DNA of 64,000 nt from a virus. Positions within the stretch are counted from its first letter, which is position 1. Each line of letters starts with the position of its first letter. The stretch covers positions 1-64,000 of the IMG/VR virus record IMGVR_UViG_3300049432_000151; one strand, written 5' to 3'. Positions 26,036 through 34,245 of the stretch are shown piece after piece. The notes under the pieces are model-generated. The model saw nothing but the letters and a program-made list of their open reading frames with translations, ran no database searches and was not told where the DNA came from. Position numbers and translations under genes: made by a program.

Positions 26036-27124
26036 TCAGCGCACAACGCGCAGCGCCGTCTGATCTTTGAAATAGATGTCTCGCAGCCTTGACTCGACCG
26101 TCATGAGGTTGTGCTCGAAGTCGTCGGCGGCCCAGCCGAGGTCCGTCTCGCACGTCGTGATCACCTTCTGCATCAGCGACGGCTGCTCGAGCGTTATGTC
26201 GAGTTCACGCGGTTCCCTCTTCCGGAATCCAAGAGCGGAAAACTTTGACCACATGTAGCGCTGCTGGTTTGCGGTCAGTTTGCCCAGATCACCGGCACGT
26301 TTCAGCAGCGATGCCATGGATACCTTCCAGTACGGTTTCAAGCGGGCAAGCTGCGGCAACGTGATGTTGTTCAGGCTCGTGCGAATGTCGACCGCAGGCA
26401 TCAAGAACTCCGCTGCGAACGCGTCTGCCTGCGCCTCCATCTCCGGGTTTGGGTGCGTGTGCATGACCAAGTGGCCGACCTCATGCGCAAGCGAATAGCG
26501 GTACCGGTCTCCCGGGAGACAGGAGTTCAGAAAGAACATCGGCGGCAAGCCTGGGTACCAGCGGCTAACCGCATCGAGGAGCGTCGTCTCAAAATCGAGC
26601 ACGAACACCAGGCCACCTGCGCCCTCAACAAGTTGAGTGAGGTTGCTCACCGGGCCCGACGGCACGCGCCACATGGCGCGGACGTGGCGTGCTATCTCAA
26701 CGGCGTCCCGCGATTCGAGCGGGTCGTCGACGTCGATCAGCGGAAAGACATAGTCGCTCTCGAAGTCGATCGATTTGAGAATCTCTTCGAGGTGAATCCG
26801 AATGGTGTCAATGAGCGCGTGAAGGCGCGCGAGCTGCCTCTTCGGCATGATCGCGCGCTTACGGTGGTAAATCTCCGTCACCCCTGTGCCGCTGTGCCGC
26901 CGGCCTGGCCGAGTAAAAAAGGCGGGTGTCCGCCCAAGCTGTGCGCTCAGCCGCTCGAGGAAAGCGTTATCAACGCCAGTCTCCTGAGCTTCCATCCTCG
27001 ACAGCTTTCCTTGAGCGATCTCCAACCGCGCAGCGAGCTCCGTCTGCGTCAAGCCATCGGCTTCGCGCGCGAGCACGAGCATTTCTGGATTGATCGAGAT
27101 GCGATCGCCGAACAAGTCAGCCAT
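26036..27124 (-). CDS. XRE-HTH plus ImmA/IrrE (DUF955) metallopeptidase
   Basis: LAREADGLTQTELA HTH; RYSLAHEVGH (HExxH); EAQADAFAAEFLMP. Confidence 0.93.
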   Translation of the reverse strand: MADLFGDRISINPEMLVLAREADGLTQTELAARLEIAQGKLSRMEAQETGVDNAFLERLSAQLGRTPAFFTRPGRRHSGTGVTEIYHRKRAIMPKRQLARLHALIDTIRIHLEEILKSIDFESDYVFPLIDVDDPLESRDAVEIARHVRAMWRVPSGPVSNLTQLVEGAGGLVFVLDFETTLLDAVSRWYPGLPPMFFLNSCLPGDRYRYSLAHEVGHLVMHTHPNPEMEAQADAFAAEFLMPAVDIRTSLNNITLPQLARLKPYWKVSMASLLKRAGDLGKLTANQQRYMWSKFSALGFRKREPRELDITLEQPSLMQKVITTCETDLGWAADDFEHNLMTVESRLRDIYFKDQTALRVVR

Positions 27125-27773
27125 TCTTCTTCTCGTCTGATTTGGATTTGAAGGGCACAACCTTCGCTGCGTCCTTCTTTACTCTTACGGTCGTCTGCGG
27201 CGCTGAATGCCGGGGTGGCATCGCGGAGATCGGCTGCGTGCGCGCGTTCGGGTAAGGAAGATCGATCGAGTAGGCGACGCTGTCGACGCCAACCTGCTTC
27301 GGGAAGACGACGTGAGCGGATGAGATCGCGGTACCGAAACGATCCAGGATGTAGCCAGCATCTAGACAAGCTGTGCTTTCAAGGAAGCCAGCCATGTCGC
27401 CATTTGCGAATTGCAGCGACTGCTGAGTCTCAATGTTCCGCGACCGCTTGTGAGAATCGAGCTTTTTGAAACGTACGCAAGCCGCGCCGTCGATGACCAA
27501 CAGGAACATACCGCGCCGTTCCACAAATTGAATCCCGGCGACACCGTCGAACCGGCGCTTCACAGCGGCGACGATAAAATCGCGAATGTCAGAAGCCTGA
27601 CTGCGAGCGTGAAGCTTGATCCTCTGCTCCTCCGGCAGGCGAAAATACTCGTCGAACCCTTCATGAACGCAGTTGGCGATCTCCTGAAGATGCGGCCGGA
27701 GGTGCCGTTTGACCTTCTCTCTCGGTATCCAGACTTTGACGTCACCCTTCACTTTTACCTCTCTCTCTAACAT
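27117..27773 (-). CDS. Putative toxin-like partner of the HTH-ImmA/IrrE protein
   Basis: VRFKKLD...SRNIETQQ...LDAGYILD; overlaps the peptidase start. Confidence 0.55.
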   Translation of the reverse strand: MLEREVKVKGDVKVWIPREKVKRHLRPHLQEIANCVHEGFDEYFRLPEEQRIKLHARSQASDIRDFIVAAVKRRFDGVAGIQFVERRGMFLLVIDGAACVRFKKLDSHKRSRNIETQQSLQFANGDMAGFLESTACLDAGYILDRFGTAISSAHVVFPKQVGVDSVAYSIDLPYPNARTQPISAMPPRHSAPQTTVRVKKDAAKVVPFKSKSDEKKNG

Positions 27774-27832
27774 GTTGAATTTGCTGCTTGTGGGCGAGCG
27801 GACACGAAAGAGATTTGCTTTTGATCCTCTCG

Positions 27833-27860
27833 ATTATACAGGGCGATTGACCCCTGTCAA
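27833..27860 (-). promoter_or_regulatory. Consensus sigma70 promoter with overlapping inverted repeats
   Basis: TTGACA(27860-27855)-N16-TATAAT(27838-27833); ACAGGG-N8-CCCTGT and TTGAC-N4-GTCAA overlap it. Confidence 0.8.
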
Positions 27861-27979
27861 CGCCAAAAGTCGGCCTTTCCTGGAATCGTCGCGGGGACAG
27901 GTCCGGACAAATTCGACTCCCTGATCACCCCGGCCTAACTCGCCTCATCGGACAGGCCGGGTCTAGCACCCTGCGCGGC

Positions 27980-28189
27980 ATGAAGATGCCCTGCACTGAT
28001 CCGAACTGCTCCGAAGGCAAGCTCACCGTCATCCGCTCGCGCCATTACCCCGAGGCATCGCAGACGCGGCGTGTCTACCGTTGCGACCGATGCGGCCGGC
28101 TCGCTTCGTCCAGTGAAAAGCTGACGAACGGCAACCGGGCGTCGACCTACCTGCCGCCCGCGAAAAAGTTCTCGCCATCCACCTGCTAG
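27980..28189 (+). CDS. Ogr/Delta- or NrdR-like zinc ribbon, possible late regulator
   Basis: CTDPNC...VIRSR...RRVYRCDRCG...SSE. Confidence 0.65.
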   Translation: MKMPCTDPNCSEGKLTVIRSRHYPEASQTRRVYRCDRCGRLASSSEKLTNGNRASTYLPPAKKFSPSTC

Positions 28190-28213
28190 ACGCGGCTCAG
28201 AAAGTGAGGAGTT

Positions 28214-29071
28214 ATGCAGCTCGTTATCGAAACTGCTACCTGTAGCACGTTCGCGGTTGCTCGTGAACCAGGAAAACCGCATCATTTCGCTACGGTGCCG
28301 ATGGTGCGACAAGCACTCAGCACCCCCGCCGAAGCAGCGCAATCCGACACGGACAATGTGATGGGCGAACAGCGGACGGTAGTCCGTTCGGCCGTGGTCC
28401 GGATGGTCGCGCGGTACGTTGCTCTTCGTCAGCGCGGACGGATTCGTTCCGCCGCCGGCCAAATAGCCATCGATGAGAGCCGCACCGGGCGCCTCCGGAT
28501 CACGGACGCGGACCTTGACGGGCTCACCGATGTCCAAACACTCGACCTGATCGCGCTGGCATCGCTGCGACGAGCGATCTACGCGGCACCTGAGAAGCGG
28601 ACCGACGTCCGCTACGCCAGCGGAAACCTGATGCGGTCAGTCGCGCCGCTCCGCGTCATCGCGCAGATCGTCAGGTCAAGGCCGGCTCGCCACTCGGCGT
28701 CGTCTCCCGAAGATAGTGAGCTCAACCTCTGGCTGACGACAGTCGCCTCGAAGCTCCATCACATTCCGCGCGAGAACGCGTTGGCAATACTCGAGGCGGA
28801 GACGCGACGCTTCCGCCTGGTCGAGATTCGGAACGAGCTGCAGGCGGCGCGGTCTGCCGTACAGCGGTTTCGCAGCGGCGGCAAGAACGCAAAGAACCTG
28901 AGGCGCCTCGCTGATGAGCGCGTCGCGGAGATCCGCTCTCGCGAGGCGTTCGAGTCGGACCGCCTCACCCGGCTCGTTCGGACCCGGCTCTACAAAGACG
29001 GGCTTGAGCTGCTGTGGCGCGTCTGCACCGAGACGCCGGAGATCGAAGCCTACTGCTTCGGAGAAGAATGA
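28214..29071 (+). CDS. Hypothetical protein
   Basis: GAGGAG SD; 285 aa. Confidence 0.6.
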   Translation: MQLVIETATCSTFAVAREPGKPHHFATVPMVRQALSTPAEAAQSDTDNVMGEQRTVVRSAVVRMVARYVALRQRGRIRSAAGQIAIDESRTGRLRITDADLDGLTDVQTLDLIALASLRRAIYAAPEKRTDVRYASGNLMRSVAPLRVIAQIVRSRPARHSASSPEDSELNLWLTTVASKLHHIPRENALAILEAETRRFRLVEIRNELQAARSAVQRFRSGGKNAKNLRRLADERVAEIRSREAFESDRLTRLVRTRLYKDGLELLWRVCTETPEIEAYCFGEE

Positions 29072-29283
29072 ACCTTGTCGTCAGTCACCCCACATCGCGC
29101 GGCGGCGGAAGGCTGCTCCTGCCGGTCTGGGGGACTGCGCACATCGCACTTGGCGGGCGCGTCTATGACGTCCCGCTGCTGGGCGAAAGCGTTGAAACAC
29201 TCGTTGGGCTCGAAGTGGATGGCATGTCGCTCGACAAGGGCGAGGTCTGGTTCGAAGACATCCGCGAGGCGCACTCCCATTGA
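29068..29283 (+). CDS. Hypothetical protein
   Basis: ATGA-coupled. Confidence 0.5.
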   Translation: MNLVVSHPTSRGGGRLLLPVWGTAHIALGGRVYDVPLLGESVETLVGLEVDGMSLDKGEVWFEDIREAHSH

Positions 29284-29855
29284 AGTCCGCATTCGATGAG
29301 ATCCGTGCGGATGAGTACTCTGTCGCGAACGAAGCGGCGCAGCTCGGCCTGCTGCTGATCAACAAGGTCGAAGAACACGAGCACCTGCAGCCAGCGAACA
29401 TCGGGTACGTCTTTCGAGATGACGAGATCCGGCGCCGCGGCAAGGTGGTTGGTGCCGAGGCAATCCTCGTCGAACGCATTCTGCAAAGCGACCCGCGATA
29501 CGCGCGGCTCGTAAAGTGGGCGTTTCTCCGGGTCTTGGGCGCCGCCGAGCTGCCCGACTTCATCGTCCTCATCGACCACAACATCTGGGAAGGGCTCGAC
29601 GTAGAGCAGCGCCTCGCGCTCGTGGACCACGAGTTGTCGCATTGCTCTTACCAGACCGAGGACGACGGCGCGACCCAGAAGTTCCGCAAAGATGGATCGC
29701 CCCTCTGGGCCGTGCGCGGGCACGACGTTGAGGAGTTTGCGTCAGTGGTCCAGCGCAACGGCCTATGGAACGCCGAGCTGGTAACGTTCGCGCGCGCAAT
29801 CGTCGATTCCTTGGCGACCCGCGGCACACCGGCTTACCTCGACGGAGCGCAGTAG
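29280..29855 (+). CDS. Putative phage metallopeptidase
   Basis: DFIVLID...W...ALVDHELSH...HDVEEF..VVQRNG. Confidence 0.82.
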   Translation: MKSAFDEIRADEYSVANEAAQLGLLLINKVEEHEHLQPANIGYVFRDDEIRRRGKVVGAEAILVERILQSDPRYARLVKWAFLRVLGAAELPDFIVLIDHNIWEGLDVEQRLALVDHELSHCSYQTEDDGATQKFRKDGSPLWAVRGHDVEEFASVVQRNGLWNAELVTFARAIVDSLATRGTPAYLDGAQ

Positions 29856-29858
29856 CAA

Positions 29859-30167
29859 CTATTTGATCGTGCCCGCGTCCTTGCTGCACGATGTCCAATC
29901 GTTGAGGCAGTTTTGATGGCATTTGTCCTGGATCGCGCCATTCTCTTCCTTCGATAGCTCCGCGCGGCGGCCCCGATGTAGAGCGTTGCACTTCTTCAGG
30001 CAGTTGCCGATCGCGAGGTTGCATCGGCCCTGTTTGTCATCAGGTTTTTTCGCGACGACCTTCGGCTTCTTAGTCTTCGATACCGTGGTGGTGGTCTGAG
30101 ATTGCGTCGCGGGCAAAAGCGCGACGAAGGCGAACATAACCGCAAGCGCTAACGCTGATCTCACCAT
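29859..30167 (-). CDS. Secreted Cys-rich small protein (moron)
   Basis: Signal peptide; C-x6-C-x3-C...C-x3-C-x6-C; GGAG SD. Confidence 0.65.
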   Translation of the reverse strand: MVRSALALAVMFAFVALLPATQSQTTTTVSKTKKPKVVAKKPDDKQGRCNLAIGNCLKKCNALHRGRRAELSKEENGAIQDKCHQNCLNDWTSCSKDAGTIK

Positions 30168-30242
30168 GATTGATCTCCTGTTTCCGCTTCATGGAAGGAG
30201 AGCCATCCGGCTGCAAACCCCTACCCGCAAAATGGAACCGAC

Positions 30243-30572
30243 ATGACTGAACGAGGAGAGGGCTTCGTCGCGTCGAACCTGGCGAGCATGGCCGCAGAGA
30301 TCGCTGCTCTCGACGCTGCTCCCGCTCCGCTCGTTGATCAGATCGTGGTGGACGCATCCGCACAGGGCTCACCCGCCGTCGTGTCGCTTCGGTGCGGTGA
30401 TGAGGAGTTCGGGTGGCATGAGGTCCCCGGCGGACTTGCCGCCGTCTTCCAGCACGTGATGACACTCACCCATGAGTACGGCACGCGAATTGTCGAGGTC
30501 CACGGGAAGCATGAAGCCGTTGATCGATGGCTCGTACAACCCCTGAAGGACTACGGCCACGCTGTTCGGTAG
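30243..30572 (+). CDS. Hypothetical protein
   Basis: ORF with plausible composition. Confidence 0.5.
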   Translation: MTERGEGFVASNLASMAAEIAALDAAPAPLVDQIVVDASAQGSPAVVSLRCGDEEFGWHEVPGGLAAVFQHVMTLTHEYGTRIVEVHGKHEAVDRWLVQPLKDYGHAVR

Positions 30573-30683
30573 CGCTGATTGTCGAACGGCCAAAGTCCAG
30601 TACCGAACGTGCGTCACTGACGGTCTTCACTCCGCCGACCTATGCGAACAGAGTAGGACGATTACAGTCACGAAATCAGGCGA

Positions 30684-31736
30684 CTACCCTGCAACGCCGG
30701 AGAGCACGGCCTTCACCGTGGTTGCCGGCACATCCATTTGGAAGCTCTTGGACGATTGCCTGAGGATTGGACCGATAGGTTCACTGAAATCGCCGAGGTA
30801 CGTATTCGCAGCGTCGAAAACACTAAAGTAGACACTGATGCTCAACTCTTTATCGGAAGCGTTGAAAGCTGATCCAACGATAGATGTTCTGCTTCCAGAC
30901 TTAACGACACGCCACCCGGATATGCTCCAACGTTTATCGGCACCGCTGAAATCACCGCCGACGGGAGTCGCAAACTCGGCGCTGAAAGCCTTCTGAACTT
31001 CGCCGACCTCCTTAATACGTTGTTCGAGACGACGTCGCTCTTCATGAGGCAACCCGCTAGTTTGGCTCTTTGCGTACAACGCCGAAAAGAGTAGGGAAAC
31101 GAGGTTACGATCGGCGTTCGTAGCGACCGCCCCCTCGAGTAGGACTATCGCTTCATCCCATCGTTGCGTGCTCGTCAGCGAATCTGCGAGTGCGGCAACG
31201 CGCTGGGGATCATTTGGCAGTTCCTTTAGCAGCGCACGGCGAACATTGATCGCCGACTGCCAATCGGATGAGGCTTCGAAGTACCACGCCATCAGGTTTC
31301 TGGCTCGCACATCACGTGGATCACGAATGAGTACGTCGCGCAAGAGACGGCGAGCCTTCTCGCGCTGCTCCGGCGTGGCCGTTCGCGGCAATCGCGTAGG
31401 CGCTGATTCAGGGACTCTCACAACTGCAGGACCAAGACTAGTACCCGCGAGCAAGTCCCAAGCAGCGTCTAGGTCGCGTTCTGCCTCTAGCTGTGTCGTG
31501 CGCTCCGACGTGCGAGCCGTGGTGAGGTAGTTCGATACAACAATGACGCTATTAGTCACGCCGATAGTCAGACCCAATGCGGCAATCACTAACGTGACGC
31601 GATCCTTTGTTGCCATCCGGTCGGCCGCCGTAGGCGCCCGGGCTCCCTTGGGCGCTGGCGCGTTTGAGGCGTCGTCAGTTGAGGTTTCTGATTTAGTGGT
31701 GATGTCGCTCTCGGACATTTGCCCTACTCCCTGCAC
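30684..31736 (-). CDS. Membrane-anchored TPR protein with C-terminal beta domain (moron)
   Basis: One TM helix, TPR-like helices (DPRDVRARNLMA, LPNDPQRVAALA); visibly more AT-rich codons. Confidence 0.65.
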   Translation of the reverse strand: MQGVGQMSESDITTKSETSTDDASNAPAPKGARAPTAADRMATKDRVTLVIAALGLTIGVTNSVIVVSNYLTTARTSERTTQLEAERDLDAAWDLLAGTSLGPAVVRVPESAPTRLPRTATPEQREKARRLLRDVLIRDPRDVRARNLMAWYFEASSDWQSAINVRRALLKELPNDPQRVAALADSLTSTQRWDEAIVLLEGAVATNADRNLVSLLFSALYAKSQTSGLPHEERRRLEQRIKEVGEVQKAFSAEFATPVGGDFSGADKRWSISGWRVVKSGSRTSIVGSAFNASDKELSISVYFSVFDAANTYLGDFSEPIGPILRQSSKSFQMDVPATTVKAVLSGVAG

Positions 31737-31884
31737 CGCGGTGCTACGCGTGTTGCCGGCTGTCTCTCTGACGACTAATGATTCCCATCGGTGAGGCCTC
31801 CACCGGCAAACATGCGCATTCCACAGGTAGTGAACTGGTTTTCTGAATTTGTGGCGTGCGGATTCACGTTCCGTCCGTAAGCAT

Positions 31885-32514
31885 ATGCTTCCCTACGTCC
31901 AGTCGTACAACGACCCGAAGATCGAGAAGGCGTATCACCGCTACCTGAAGGGTGACTCTCAGCGGGCCATCGCCAAGGCGCTGAACATCCCGCCGCGGAC
32001 GGTCGCTCGGTACTGCAAGAAGGACGGCTGGCAATCGGAGCGTGAAGCCCGTCACGTGGCAGCAGAGGCCCCAAACGTGGCAGCAGTGGCAGCAACCGTC
32101 CAGACGCCTGCTGCCACCGAGGGACCTGTTCCGGAGAGTCGGATGGTCGGCATGGAGCGGATGCTCGGCGCACAGCAGCAGCTCACCGGGCTACTCGTCG
32201 AGGCGTTCAAGAAGGACGTCGAGAAGACGATCGCCGACGCGGCCACTGTCGGCAAGCCGATGAGCCGGTCGCAAATCGCGCAGCTCACGTCGCTCGGCAA
32301 CAACCTGCTAACGATGCAGCGCAAGGCGTGGTGTGTACCGGACAAGATCGAGACGAAGGACACCACGCCAACCGCGCCTGATCGCGTGCGCACCCTGAAG
32401 GATGACGAACTCCAGAACCGCCTCACCGAGGCCCGTCGAGCTCGAGAAGAGGCCGATCGAAGAAGAGGAGCTGCTGCTCCTCGAGGAGGATCTGCGACGC
32501 CGAGCGTCAACTAG
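31885..32514 (+). CDS. terS: Terminase small subunit
   Basis: N-terminal HTH (SQRAIAKALNIPPRTVARY...GW); immediately upstream of TerL. Confidence 0.75.
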   Translation: MLPYVQSYNDPKIEKAYHRYLKGDSQRAIAKALNIPPRTVARYCKKDGWQSEREARHVAAEAPNVAAVAATVQTPAATEGPVPESRMVGMERMLGAQQQLTGLLVEAFKKDVEKTIADAATVGKPMSRSQIAQLTSLGNNLLTMQRKAWCVPDKIETKDTTPTAPDRVRTLKDDELQNRLTEARRAREEADRRRGAAAPRGGSATPSVN

Positions 32515-33958
32515 CCTGCACGAGTTCGTTGCGCAGGCGTGGCACGTCGTCGAGCCCGCAGTACCGTTCAAAGACAACTGGCACGTCGGCGCGATCTGCG
32601 AGCACCTCGAGGCCATCTACCGGGGCGAGATCCTGCGGCTGCTCATCAACGTTCCATTCCGCACGGCGAAGTCCACGATTGTCAGCGTCATGTCACCGGC
32701 GTGGCAGTGGATTCATCGGCCGGCTCACAAGTTCCTCTGCGGGTCGTACGCGGCGAAGCTGGCGATCCGCGACAACCTCAAGATGCGGCGGCTGATCCAG
32801 TCGCCGTGGTACCAGGAGCGCTGGGGCCGCGGCTTCAACCTCGTCGACAACAGCGACTGGGGCGACCCTGACGGCTTCAAGCTCACGGACGACCAGAACC
32901 AGAAGGTCCGGTTCGAGAACGACCGCACCGGATACCGCATCGCGTTCGGGTTCGACGGCGGCGTGATGGGCGATGGCGGCAACACCGTCATCATCGACGA
33001 CCCTCACGATCGCAACCAGGCACACTCCGAGAAAGAGCGCGACAGGCATCTCACCACGTTCGACGAGGCGGTTACGACTCGTCTCAATGACCCAACGCGA
33101 GATTCGATCGTGATCATCATGCAGCGACTGCATGAGAGCGATCTCTCAGGTCATGTGCTCGCGAAGGGCGGCTACGAACACGTCCTGATCCCGATGCACT
33201 ACGACCCGAAGCGGTCGCGTGTGACGGTAACCGGGTGGGAAGATCCGCGCACGGAAGAGGGCCAGTTGATGCACCCCGATCGGTTCCCTGAGCCGGTCGT
33301 CGCGCAGATCGAAAAGGACATCGGCCCGTACGCGGCGGCCGGGCAGCTCGAGCAGCGACCCGCGCCATCGGAAGGCGGCATCCTCAAAAAGCAATGGTGG
33401 CGGTTCTACAACGACGACGAGCTGCCGGAGACGTTCGATCGCGAGTGCCAGATGTGGGATCTCGCGTTCAAGAAGACAAAGACGTCGAACTTCATCGCTG
33501 GCCAGGCGTGGGGCAAGAAGGGAGCGAACTGCTACCTGAAGCCCGACGAGGTCTACGCGCGGCTCGACTTCCCCGAAACGATCAAAGCAATGAAGGCGTT
33601 CTCGGTCCGGTATCCGCGCGGAGCTAAGCTGGTCGAGGACAAGGCCAACGGGCCCGCGGCGATCTCGACGCTGAAAAATGACATCGCGGGCCTCATGCCC
33701 GTGGGCGAGGACGGCGGAGCCGAGGGCGTTGCGCATTCAGTCGCTCCATACATAGCCGCTGGCAACGTCTTCCTGCCGAACCCATACGACCGCCAGGGCA
33801 ATCAGCGGCCTGACCGCGCTTGGGTATTGAGGCTCATCGCAAACGCGGCAACGTTTCCGAACGGGTCCATTCCGGCCGGGTCGCACGGTGACGACATCGT
33901 CGCGATGGTTTACGCAATTCACTACCTGATGCACCGACCGAAGGCGAGGGTGATCTGA
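32402..33958 (+). CDS. terL: Terminase large subunit
   Basis: INVPFRTAKS, IIDDPH, IIMQRLHESDL, QLEQRP, WDLAFK, VEDKANG, HGDDIV. Confidence 0.95.
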   Translation: MTNSRTASPRPVELEKRPIEEEELLLLEEDLRRRASTSLHEFVAQAWHVVEPAVPFKDNWHVGAICEHLEAIYRGEILRLLINVPFRTAKSTIVSVMSPAWQWIHRPAHKFLCGSYAAKLAIRDNLKMRRLIQSPWYQERWGRGFNLVDNSDWGDPDGFKLTDDQNQKVRFENDRTGYRIAFGFDGGVMGDGGNTVIIDDPHDRNQAHSEKERDRHLTTFDEAVTTRLNDPTRDSIVIIMQRLHESDLSGHVLAKGGYEHVLIPMHYDPKRSRVTVTGWEDPRTEEGQLMHPDRFPEPVVAQIEKDIGPYAAAGQLEQRPAPSEGGILKKQWWRFYNDDELPETFDRECQMWDLAFKKTKTSNFIAGQAWGKKGANCYLKPDEVYARLDFPETIKAMKAFSVRYPRGAKLVEDKANGPAAISTLKNDIAGLMPVGEDGGAEGVAHSVAPYIAAGNVFLPNPYDRQGNQRPDRAWVLRLIANAATFPNGSIPAGSHGDDIVAMVYAIHYLMHRPKARVI

Positions 33959-34242
33959 TGCTCATGACGATCATTACGATTTTCGTCGTCACGCAGCTCG
34001 CGATCGCCGCCGTTGTGCTGCCGATCGCCTACATCCGGCGCCACGTTTACCGCCGAAAGATGCTGTCGTTCTGCATGCGCGACTCGAATGGCGAGATCTA
34101 CATCGTTGATCCGCAGACCGGCACGGCCCACAACTTCTCCAAGCTGCTCACGGAACGGATGACGCCGTACAAACCGCGTTCTCCTCGGCAATCGAAGCGA
34201 GCACGCAGTCGCTTCCGTCGCCATCTCGCCGGGGCGCAATAG
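33958..34242 (+). CDS. Small membrane protein
   Basis: N-terminal hydrophobic helix; coupled to TerL. Confidence 0.5.
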   Translation: MLMTIITIFVVTQLAIAAVVLPIAYIRRHVYRRKMLSFCMRDSNGEIYIVDPQTGTAHNFSKLLTERMTPYKPRSPRQSKRARSRFRRHLAGAQ

Positions 34243-34245
34243 CGG

